Source: Chlorokybus atmophyticus
Taxonomy: Eukaryota; Plantae; Mesostigma and Chlorokybus algae
Reading direction: 5' to 3'
DNA: 64,000 nt
Assembly: GCA_009103225.1 (NCBI GenBank)
Contig: RHPI01000461.1
Coordinates: 8,800 to 72,799 of the forward strand
Positions 37,483 through 51,496 of the stretch are shown here, in pieces. Numbering within the stretch: the stretch's first letter is position 1; every line of letters begins with the position of its first letter. The position numbers and the translations under genes are program-made. The notes beneath the pieces are model-generated. The model saw only the letters and a list, made by a program, of their open reading frames with translations, had not been told where the DNA came from and searched no databases.

Positions 37483-38521
37483 ATCTGTCAAGAAGCAGCG
37501 AACTGCCTCCTCCCCCGGTCGCCCCTCCCGCCGGCAACGCCACCGACAACACCGCCAAGCTTGGCAATGCCAAAACGTCAGCAAAACCACACTGCAAACC
37601 CTAACAGAAGCCGCATGGAAGTCAATTCAGAGTCGCTAGTATCGCTGTTAGTTTTTGCTACTGTTGTGGCTTCTGCTCGCACAAGCTCTGCAGCAAGCGG
37701 CGGCGACGGCCGTAAGGTTGGAGGTGTGCGGTCTGTGGGCGGGTGTCTGTGGCTTCTGTTGACATATGGTGCGCGAGGTGGAGTGAGGTGAATGTACTTG
37801 TGTCTGAGTGCCAGATGCCTGCGGCTGTGACTGCCAAGGTGTGCGCATGCAATGCCTGGAGTGGCTGCATTGCCCGTTGCTTCGTCACAGCTTTCGTACT
37901 TCTGCAACACGTATTGTTTGGGTCACAGCAGTTGCTGTTGCGCATGCCGCATCTGCTGGCTGTTTTGCTATAATTGTCTTATGCTTACCAAGCTAACATG
38001 GTGGTGGGCATTCCAACTCGCGCATTGCAAGCTATTTAGCCAGCTGTCGCACCAGATATAACACTTGTGACTATGAAACATTACAGCAGGCCTTAGTACA
38101 GCCTTTACTATGCATGCAAACACTACAAAGTTGTACCTCTGCAGCATCCTGTTTTACAGTACGACTGCAAACCTTACTGTGACTGGCAAAGGTACTCACG
38201 GAGCAACAGTAAACTGCGTCTTGCACAGTCAGCTGGCCTGGACAAGCAGCTCGCTCCGTCGGGTAGTGCACATCATAATGAATGCTCTTTATCAATTTCG
38301 CTGTAGCTGCTGCCTCTGACAACTGCCTGCTACTGCAGCCACCTGGTGCACAGGCAAATACAGACGAGCTGCACCAAGACACAGCTGGCACTTCCACCAC
38401 ATCAACAACGCAGCTTCGTTACAAGCCATGTTCCTCAAACACCTTCTACAACAGCCTTATCAGCAATTAGCATAGACGAGTTTAGCCAATGCTTTGCAAA
38501 GGTGAAGCTTTGACATGACAC

Positions 38522-41082
38522 ATGGACACCAGTCCAGCCATGAGGCGTGCGCTCGTGTTGGACAATGGCGCATGCGCAATCAAGGCAGGCTTCACTGGAG
38601 ACAACGCCACAGCAGAGAGTCTCGCAACCTCCTTGCCCAAAGTGCTCTGCCCTAACGCTGTTGGGCGCATGCGAGGAGACAAGAAGTGGCTTGCTGCCGA
38701 CCTCCTTGATGATGCCTCTGATCTTGCCCAGATAGCAATAAAGCGACCCTTTGACAGGGTGAGCACGTTGCTGACAGCCACTTGGACGCATATGCACACA
38801 CACAAGCAACCACACAGCTGTGAAGGCCTATGTATGTCTGTGTGTTTGCATGCAGTTATGCGTTCGAGAACATGTGCATACGCGTACACACGTGTGAGAG
38901 CTGGAGCGTGTGTACACTGTTGTTCACGACAGCACAGTCATCACACGTACTCATGGCAGGGTTACTTGGTGAATTGGGATGTACAGAGAGAAGTGTGGGA
39001 CAGGGTGTTTTCGCAGCTGCTGAAGGTGAGAGCTTCCGACACTCCACTGCTGGTCACAGAGCCCCTTTTTAACCTGCGCTCTATTCAAGAGAATATGGAC
39101 GAGATTGTTTTTGAACAGTACGGCTTCCCAACCTGCCTTCGTGCAACAGGTATCGCATCAGTCAGTGATTGCTAGCATACATGCGTCAGAATGCATGCAC
39201 ACGTATGTGTGCTCCCATGTGCGTGCACACATACATGCTTATGCGTTCAACCTCTGTGAGTGAAACACACGTGTACACTGGCGTGCAGGGCCTCTGCTGT
39301 CCCACTACTTGGTTGCCAGAACACTTCCGGAGTGCATGCTAGCGCAAACCGGCTGTTCGGTGATTGTTGACGCAGGCTTCTCATTCACGCATGTTGCGCC
39401 GATTATCGATGGCGCTGTCTACCTAAAAGGGGTCAGAAGGCAAGTGAGTACAAGAGTGGTGCCGCGCACAATTGCTGCCCTCATGATGTGCTGATGTGTA
39501 TTGAGAGTTTTCTTGCAGGATCAATGTGGGTGGGAAGGCTTTGACAAACTATCTCAAGGAGCTCGTATCGTACAGGTACATGGTACTACAGAAGGTAATG
39601 TCAAGTGTCAACATGTCATAAGCAACACCACTTGCGTGACATCTCTAAGTACTGATGGTATCCAGGCAATGGAACATGATGGACGAGTCATGGATACTTG
39701 AGGATGTTAAGGAGAAACTTTGCTTCAGTTCCCTTGATCTGCAGCGAGACTTAAATATTGCGCGGTATGCCAGCACTGTATTGTTTACTTCCTTATAGCA
39801 CCGCAGGGTTTGTTGAACATAAGCTCCTCTAACTGTCGGTATGCTAGGAAGCCAGGTGCAGACAACATCTACCGCAAAGAGTACGTGTTGCCAGATGGGG
39901 TGAAGTTCCTGCGCGGGTTTGTACGGGTAAGCGCCTCCTCTTTGCACTGACATAGACACTTGCTGCCAGCACCCCATCCTAACCTCATCATTGTGTGATG
40001 CTCAGGATCCTTTGACCGAGGCTGAGAAAAGACTGCTACGAAAGCAGCAGATGGAGTCGTTGCGCAGTGAACCGGCCTCACGCAAGAACAACGCCCCGCC
40101 TGAGGAGCAGGTAGTTGCAGTTGAAATTAGTAGACAGCAACATGGAACCTGTGTGCCACACCCACTACATGCCATGCACAGTTTTGGCAGGCCTGGGACT
40201 TGGCCTTCTTTACCCTGCATGTTGTGCTCGCACAAGTCACGTGCTTGAGTGGTCATCTGTGCACAGGCAATCCTTCTTGCCAACGAGCGCTTCTCTGTTC
40301 CTGAAGTCTTGTTCAATCCTCTTGACATAGGTAAAGTGCATTGCAGACTGGTTGTGTCATATTGCATCTTACATGTCGCCTACGCTGTACTGTTGTTGGC
40401 AGCTCAGACACGGCTCACAGCGTTGAAAACCATGTGTTTTGCAGGCATTGAGCAAGCTGGTCTGGCAGAGACTATTGTGCTGGCAGTTGAGGCCACCCCA
40501 CCCGCTTTTCACGGTCCCCTTTACTCAAGGTTGGACCTTTTTGTGCCCTTAAGTAACCCCATGTGGGCATCGCTGCTTGGCCTGTGCGCAGCTGCCGGCC
40601 AGCATTTGCTTACTCGCCTGCCTTACTTTCCAGCATCGTCCTGACTGGCGGGACCACGCAATTGCCCAATTTCAAGGAACGACTGTAAGACAACTGATTG
40701 CGGTGCACTGCTTGTGTTGTCACTGCATTATCACCGAATCTGTGCAAAGACTTTGTAGTGCTCACTCCTGGCCACGTTGTGCAGCTACCAGGACTTGAGG
40801 CCCCTTGTGTATTCGGACTATGATGTGGACGTTCTTCACCCGCCAGAGTAAGCAACAGCTGGTAACGGGCAGTTGTTGATGGCAATTGGTCCCTTCATCA
40901 TGTATAATTCTTTATTGTTGTATTGTACATGATGTTGTTGTAACACATGTGCTTGCTGTAGGCCTCACTTGACGTCATGGCGGGGAGGCTTGCTATTTGC
41001 TAACAGCAGCCTGTACGAGAAGCAAGCGATGACAAGGGTGCAGTACTTTGAGAACGGAGTGCGGCGCGCTCATCGACGCTGA
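38522..41082 (+). CDS. ARP6: Actin-related protein 6 (SWR1 complex)
   Basis: LVLDNGACAIKAG, KRPFDR/GYLVNWDVQREVW, LLVTEPLFN, INVGGKALTNYLKELVSYR, EYVLPDG, LANERFSVPEVLFNP, SIVLTGG, SWRGG. Confidence 0.93.
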
Positions 41083-41224
41083 GCTGCCCTTGTCCGAGCA
41101 CCGTAGTGGTTGATCGATCATTATGTGGGCCCGATTGTTGCACGACCTCTCAGCATGCATTCATGCATATGCGGTGATGATGATTTAAGTCTTCTATGAT
41201 TTAATTGCGTTGTCAAAAGTTGTA

Positions 41225-41708
41225 CAGTCTACCCTCGTTGCAATCACATGCATAGCATTGCATATATCATACACTCTTTTCTATGACACCCTCCCACTAG
41301 TGACTATTTTTGGATGAATCAATACACTTGTGGCAAACTTCGCCCTTAATGGTGACTATCACATTTGCTGTAAAGACGAATGGCGCAAATAGGGAGCGTC
41401 ATTACAACGAGGATATTTAAATTATGCAATCCATTGATTTGAGTTTGCACTTGTGTAGTGCAACAGTTGGTGCAAAGCCTTGCATTACTATGGCAAGCAC
41501 CACAACCAACCGTTGTCTCGATGTTGTGACTAGCTGTCACTGCATACCGAATATCAAGCATGTATATACCTCGCTACAATAAGGTTATGTCATTACACCG
41601 AGGTAATGCGCTTTTGTGACCACTGTCATTACATCGAGTTAATGACATCCTTTATGTAGTGACAATTATGCTCAGAACATACGTGGTCACAACATCGAGG
41701 GTTAACTG
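41225..41708. mobile_element. Tc1/mariner(pogo)-type MITE, about 484 bp, with TA target-site duplication
   Basis: TA|CAGTCTACCCTCGTTGCAATCAC...GTCACAACATCGAGGGTTAACTG|TA: imperfect about 23-bp terminal inverted repeats starting CAGT. Internal copies of the motif lie at 41517-41530, 41589-41608 and 41625-41646. AT-rich and non-coding. Confidence 0.6.
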
Positions 41709-42476
41709 TACTGTTCAATTATACTTAAATTGGTTGGCAGTGATTCTCAGTCGATGTAGTATTAAGACCTTTCACCCTCATCAACGGCTCTACATCAAGG
41801 CGCCCATAACACACCCGAAATTGGAGTCCCAAGTGGGCCTGCATAAGTCATTAAGGTCATGCAGAATAACTGCCAATTCCGGTAAGGTTCGTTTACAACT
41901 GCCAGAAAATCCCTACAAGCAGACCCTACAATACATTGCATAGGCTAATCTAAGTCTGGGGGATTCCTTCACAGGATTCCTCTCTCGCAGAGGTGAATAT
42001 TCCGACGCGGCAACAGAAAGTGATTTCTGCCGTTTTGAAGCCCCCCTAAATCGAATATCTGCCCAGCGAAGCAGTGAGTGACACGTGTTAGGGTCATCCC
42101 CTTCCTCGGCGGCGGCGGCGGCGGCGGTGGCGGTGGCCGCGGCGTGGTTGGTGGCTTGCTCGGCATTGCAGGTTCCAGTTAGCGGGGTGGTCACTGCTGG
42201 TGACACTGTGTTGGACTGTGAGGAGACTTTCAGCCTTCAAGTCCGCCTGAGTGGGAAACCCTAACACTAGCTTGAGGTGGAGTAGCTTTGCAGCAAGGGC
42301 TTGCTCCGTAACACAGGAGGCAGCTGCTTGAATCCACTCAAGGTGTTCTTTGCAATCAGCATTTTAAGCTGTTGTGAACACTGGCAAGAGCCTCAGTCAG
42401 TGTGTTGTGCTGCAGGCGCTTGCCGGTTGTGATGTCTCTAATTGAGGGTCTTGCAATTTATATGTTGAATGCAGCT

Positions 42477-44719
<2,243 letters not shown>

Positions 44720-44994
44720 TTTTGCGCTCCATAGAATGAAGTCAGGCCGCGGCTGCTGTTAGAAAAGCGCTAACCGCTGCGCACAATGCGGGCGTGTATT
44801 GTATAGTCTTCATGTTGTTGCGCGCAAGTATTGGACCTTTTTGGGTTGTATGGAGTGATGAGTTTTCTGTAGTGCTGCTTTGTTCGGCGTTCATGTGGTA
44901 TGAAACTTTTTGTGCCTTGGAAAGCAGCAGTCATTGTCTACTCGGCTGCTCAGTTATTTTGCATGCTGATGTTTTTACAGGAGTCCAAAGCATC

Positions 44995-47900
44995 AACGTG
45001 TGCGTAGGCCCAAATTGAATGCAGTGGTTATGTCCTTGGTTGAGTTTTCACTTCCATGTTGAAGCTGACGCGCAGGCTTAGATTGCTATGTGGTTGGTGG
45101 TTGCAAAAGAACACATACATTGAAGTACATTAAAGTAGCCACCTTTGGCAAAGCAGTTGGTGCCCTCTGCGCATGTGTGGGTTTATGCGCAGTAATAATT
45201 GTAGCAGTTGGTGGGTGCCTTCATCAGGTAGCAATTCAGCCTGGCTGATCGTATCAAAGGAGGAAGGCAGTCAGCCATCTTACCCAGTGCAGAGGTTGTC
45301 ACGTCAGTGCAAGTACTCCAGCAGAACTGGTCAGAGTGAAACATGGGCGTACTGAGCACAATAAGTGCACACCAAAGCAAAGGCAGATTGAGAAGTAAGG
45401 GTGGAACACCAGTGAATATGCGCCAAAGAGACAGTCACCAGATGACCCGGGCCAGAACTCAAGCTCGCACTCGAGTTCTGCTCAGGTAGTCTAAGAAGTC
45501 CCTGTAACCTCCGCCGGCCTTGACGCATAGGGCACCACCTACACAATTTCAGTGGCAGGATGATGAGTTTGCAGCCCAACCGTAAACCACAAAAACTCGA
45601 AAGGGTCAACAAAGCATACATCAGCAGTGGCATGCGTAAGTTTTGTCAAGGTGACTGATAGGGCGTAATTCTAAGCTTACCAAGGACACTCAAATGGATC
45701 TTGCGATCGCCCAGCCTGTACACGCAGTCTTCAATCTGCAACAAGCCACAAACGACACAAGTTGCATGCGTCGTCGAACATTCAGCGTATTACCAATGAC
45801 ACCGGAGGCAGACATCATGACTCCTCTGCTTTTCTGCTCGTGTACTTGCCTTGAGCACCGGCAACTTGATGCCATTTTCAAGGAACCTGGCCTTCAACGA
45901 CACGACATGCTCGTCTACCAGCGCTGCAGCTGCCTGCATTGTTGCCACCACATTAAACATGTTCAGCAGTATGCACATGCACCCACGTGTGTGCATGTGT
46001 GCTTGCATATCCCATGACGGTGTCATACATGCATGCACACGCACGGACGCGATCGCAAACGACACCATGTAAACGTGCACTCACCTTTTTTCTGGCCATG
46101 GCAGTCATCACCGATAATGGTCGTTGCCTTGCGGTCCATCCGAACAAGGTGCCGACATCACCAGTCGGCATGCTGCGCGCGCCATCGAAGCTGTGTTTGC
46201 GCACCGGCTGCGGATACAGCAGCCGCATTGCGCCATCAAGAGAGACTGCTCTCGTCACACTATGTAGTGCTGCTGTTGTAGCAGGCGAAGCTGTGCTATT
46301 GCTAGTGGTATTGCTACTACTCTGTTGCTGAGTGTCTACACTAGCAGGCATGCCATTCGTATTATTAATACTCCTATCACTACTCTCAGGATTGCGGGCG
46401 GTTATTGAAGGTGTTGTCATTATCGCTGCGGCTGATGCAGGTCCTGAGGCGCTATCCGCCATGTGTGCTTGGAATGTTGGATTACTGAACTGTCTGTTGA
46501 AGCCGGGCGGGCTTGCGGGTTTGCTCGACATTGCTGTGGTTGAGGCGTTGTCCACGGGCTCGACGAGTGTTGATGATGCAACTGATGCAGAGACGGATGC
46601 TGGCTCAGGTAGACGCAAAAGACTCGTTGCACCCAAAAATGACATGAACTTGTGCTTGGACCGAGGGGATAACTGATTCGCTTTCTCTTTGGAGTCTTCT
46701 CCCCTCATCAAGCTCAGTATCTCCTGCATTGCAATGCATTCACGTCAGCAACAAGAGTTGCGGATGTGCTGATGACAACAGCAACATTAACAAGCAACCC
46801 ATTGGCTTAAGTTACACATCAACCTGGGCGAGGCGGGCATTGCAGCGGGCGTATTCATCGCATTTTGCCTCGAGGGCCGCACAGCGCCGAGTCAGTTTGT
46901 CGTTCAACGCTTTCATTGCCTCCATGTCTGTATCTGCCAGGCGGGCTTCGTTTGCATTCTCAAGTTCCTATGACAAACCAAACAGTGAGTGTACGTAGCC
47001 GAGCAAACACGCTGCATACTCACACCACAACATGCATATATACACAAATACGGATCCAGAATGGATGTGCAACTGTGCACGACATCATGTGTTGCACAGT
47101 TACACATGATAATGATGTGGGGTGAAGTGCCGACATGTACCTGTGCAGCACTCTCCAGCAGCTGTGCCAACTGAGCTGCCTTGGCTTCCAGCATGCGAAC
47201 CTGCACAAGCATTCCTCGCTTACTTACTCCATGACAGGACAGCAGGACCTTGCCCTTATGACCGGAGTCATGACTTACAGTCAGCATGTCTCCTGTGTCA
47301 GGGTCATTATGGCTCCCAAGCAAGTCTTTTGTTGTTGGAGAGAGATCAAACGCGTGCCGCAGTTGAAACTTGCGAATCAGAGATAGGACTGAGACTGGAT
47401 GTGAGCCTGGACCTGCATGACAACCAGCATGAGACTCTTGCTGGCGGGACAGTCATTCATTGTTTGTAGCAAGGAGAGGCAGCAAAACGATTGCACCGCT
47501 GCAGTTCGAGTTGTATGCACACAACCAGTCTCCAACTAATCATGTCTCTGACAGCACGCATGCACATGGGCACAACATTTGTGATAGTCCATTGCTTACT
47601 TGTCGGGAGGCCGGTAGCTTGGGTTCTTCTTAATAACTCCGTCTGCAAGTAAACAGTTATGTTTCCTATATGCTTTGGCTGTGGTTGGCAAATGACGGTG
47701 TGTTGCTTTTAATGGTTCAACAACAACACGCTCGAGTCACCTTTGCAGGGCTGCCGCTAGCGACGCGTGCTTCCAACACAACAGCTTCTTCCTGCGTAAC
47801 ATGATTGGCTTCAGGTGCAATGGTTGGTAGTACCATGTCGACGTGCAAGAAGCAGCGACACTCACTTCCAGCTTGTTGAGGTCTGCTGGCAACTCCACTG

Positions 47901-50891
47901 CTCGCCCATCCTCCCTAGCCGCTTGCAGGGTGTCTTTGGCATCCAAGGATGTACCTGATTAAGTATTACAATGTCAATAGACTGTCAATGTGTAATGGCC
48001 AACAATCACAACAGCAGCACACATGGTCAAAGCGAGAGGGACATATGGATCAGGCTGACCTATGGGCAGCACACCGCGTCGCAATGACTCATTGTCAGCC
48101 GCCAGCTGTCTAAGATCTGCCTGCAGCTGCATTCATACGCTTGTTCAAGCTCAGGCATCACAATGTATATAACTCGAGTCGACTTTAGCTGTGGCCAGTA
48201 CCTGTGTAATCAGTGATATTGAAGGGTCTATGTCACCAAACATTGCGCTATCAGCACTTCCAGACTTCTTTCCTGTGACTGCCCTGAGAACTGCAGCTAT
48301 ATCCTGAAAGGGGAAACATAACACATGAGAGCGGGTTCAGTACTTGCTACTTAAACAGAGATAGCAGTGCCAGCAGTAAAGCAGCTGCACCTCTGCTCGG
48401 GCGCGGTCACTTGCTTTGCAGTAAGCCCGCAGGTCCGTTATATCATCAGACTTTTGGCGCAACTCCTCTCGCAGACGCACAAGTTGAACCTGAAACGAGA
48501 ACTCAACTGTCAACGTGTTGTAATGTAACCATGCCGTAACCATGCCACACGTTGTTGACGACTGTGTTGACCTCATCAGAAGACGGTTCACTCGACATGG
48601 TTGGGGGCGCAAGTTATACCTTGAGTGGCTCTTCTTCTCTTTCCCTGAGACGTTCACCTCCTCTTTCGCTCGCTCTCTCCCTCTCTTTCTCCCATTTGTC
48701 TCCCTCTCGGTCCCCGCCTCCTTGCAGTACGGACTCGCTGCTCGCTTCCGACCGCAAAGGCTGCACTGCTGATGAAATGGAGGCACGCCTTGGCTCTGTC
48801 AACCTACACAAGAGGCATGAGTACATGTGCATTTGTACTTACAGCACAAGTTGCATTGTTGGGGTGCATGGAAACATACCAACACACCATAACAGGCTGT
48901 ACCTGGCACTCTGCGATCGCGGTGTGAGTGACCCGCCTCCTCGACGGGAGTGAAAACCTGTTGTTACAAATCAGTAAGGCGGTTGCAGCGCTTTCATGTG
49001 CCCGCAAAAGGCACGCAATTGATAGAAAACATCAAGTGCATTCCAACTGATGAAGTAGTACCTATCGGTGTGGGTGAGCCTGGCTGGGAGGGGCCGTCTC
49101 CTCGACTCCTCTCATCCTTGTTGTTGACGTCAACGTAGTTGCTATGGCTGTTGAAGCTAGCCCTTTCCTTTTTGCTGGCGTTGCCGCCGTTGTTCAGAGC
49201 GTCCATCGCAGCGCGCAGAGTGCCGGACACTGTGGACTTGGGACTGGTTGGAGCCATGTATACACGTTGCAGCGACTCCTGAACATATTGTGTAACATAT
49301 AAGACCTTTGTAATGATGGACACACAACACTTGGCAGCCATATGATACCTACCGCACAACCATCAGTCAAGAAGGGTCACATGCGATTCTTGCTCGACTT
49401 ACAGTGTCTATGCAAGACACGCAAGCGACATTCCAAGCTGGCGCTGAACCTGTTTCTTTTCTTTGCACTGACCTCAGATGTTTCTGTTTGGAAAAGTCTC
49501 GATGATGGCGGGTCCTTCTTCTCGTGGGTTGCGCTGTTGATGGGGCCAAAGGCGCGCTCAACGACAGAGCGAAAGCGTGGTGAGGCCGGTGACTGTGGGG
49601 GTGAGGCTGCTGAGGTGCGGGACGGTTCAGGTGGCACGTTGATCGCGAGCTTCAACCTGTATGGTTGATGAGGCTCAGAAAGGAGTAAGCTATATGCTTA
49701 TGGCGAAGGTCTGCAGCAAACACCCGCAAACGACCGGTGGTGCTTGAAGCTGTGATCCTCGTCAACATGCCGGAGACACACTACATATGCGCAGTCTGTT
49801 GGAAGGACAAAGCAATGTCGCATACACTCGCATTGCCATTGTGCATCTACCACGCACAGTACGAGTACAAAGAGTATCCTTCCCCCACCCCCACCCTACA
49901 GGCCACCACCAACCCCACCACCATCACCAACAAGCAAACAACAAGCTATTATTGTGTGCTTGGGCGATGGCACCAACGGAGCAAGTTAGACGACTATACT
50001 GTCAGTCAGTGTGAACTGAGAAGCTATGGTACACGTCACATCAGAACCTGCTCTCCTCCTCCAGTGCAAAGAAGAGCCATGAGGACAACAAAGAACTTGT
50101 CAACGTGTTGGACACGCATGTGGGTCTAACTCGCACACGCCTTACTTCCATTACCTACCTTGGTTTGCCTTTCTGGTGGGAAGGCATGCCCTCACTCTCT
50201 CCTGAGCTTTTCAGCGCAGCGCTTTCTGCTTCAGCCATGTGACTCATCATGGCGCCGCCGCTCAAGGCCGACACCAGGCCGGGCACGTCCCCGACTGGCC
50301 GCTGCTTGCGCATGCCTTGACCCCATACTAGTGTTTGCCTGCAAGCAGGAGTTAGGGTTGAGCAAAACCTGAAACGCAGAAGCACTCGCTGGCAAGTAGC
50401 TTCAAGCACAGAAAGACGTGCTAAGAGCTGCTGCTTTGCACAGCTTGTGCAAGTGCTCAGCGAGTGCAGTTTCACTTCAAAGCAGGTGCCTAGTGATTGT
50501 TTGGCCTTTTAACAAGTTGCAAACTGCTCAGAGTCACATTGAGTGCTGCCTGTCAAGAAGTAGACTACAACTCCTACACATTCGTAAGCACCTGGCTATG
50601 GTGCCAGCATCCCACAGCTCCTTTAGCTCCTGAAAGGACACCGGGCCAACTGGCCTGCCAGTCTCCTCGTGTCCATAGAACCACCTGCACGAGCAACACA
50701 AAGATATAACCAAATATAATGCAAGCTAGCATCTGACTACGGACCAGGCCTGGCCTGGTCCGTAGTAAGTGCTAGCTGAGCTGCCTGTAAGTCTATCAGC
50801 ACCTTGCCGCCCTCATGTCGGAGGGACCGTCATTGCGGCGGCTATCCCGCGCAGGATGCGGTTCGCCATCCTGACCTTCCTGACCATCCAT
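44995..50891 (-). CDS. Large GYF_2 (DUF4339)-domain coiled-coil protein; 3' end approximate
   Basis: MDGQEGQDGEPHPARDSRRNDGPSDMRAAR/WFYGHEETGRPVGPVSFQELKELWDAGTIAR/...TLVWGQGM...VGDVPGL is a GYF_2 pattern, followed by Ser/Pro-rich and coiled-coil exons (VQLVRLREELRQKSDDITDLRAY; RMLEAKAAQLAQLLE). Confidence 0.65.
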
Positions 50892-51496
50892 AGGCTACCC
50901 CTACTCTCAGTCGCCCGAGGCCAGGCCAGGCCACGCACACCTCACACAAGCAGCTACGTACACCGACCAAGCTACTCCTGGCCTGGCCGCCACCGCGAGC
51001 TTGCTACTCAGCCTACTCTAGTGCTACAGCAGCCGTACCAGGCCGAAGCAGCACACGGTCTGCTCTGGACCTCGCTCCCGACCCGACCCGACCAGGCCGG
51101 CCCACACCAGACCAGGCCAGGCCCGACCAGGCCAAATTAGGCGTTGATTGATATCGACGCTAACAGTTAGCGATAAACGTGACAGGTCAATCGGGCTTAG
51201 CACATCAGGCTCGACGAAAAATGGAACGCAATGGGACTTGGTGACCCGGATTGGGATCTCCCGCCACACGAATTAGGGTTAGGGTTTTGGCGGTGTGGGC
51301 GACGTGGCTGAAGCTGAGGGCTGTCGGCGGCGGTGTAGGCGTAGGTGGGCGTGGCGGCGTTTGGCATAACTGGGTGCGACAGGCGCTGGAGGATACTGTT
51401 GGTGAAGCTGGAAATTTTGAGTCTTGAGGTGTGGATATTGTATGCACGCGGGTGGTGACATGCGCTGCGCTCAAGGTTGCTGAGCCCCGGAGTGCC

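Noticed and set aside
41819-41833. 13-mer ttggagtcccaag matching one arm of the 4797-4831 hairpin
   Set aside because: Too short, with no flanking similarity.
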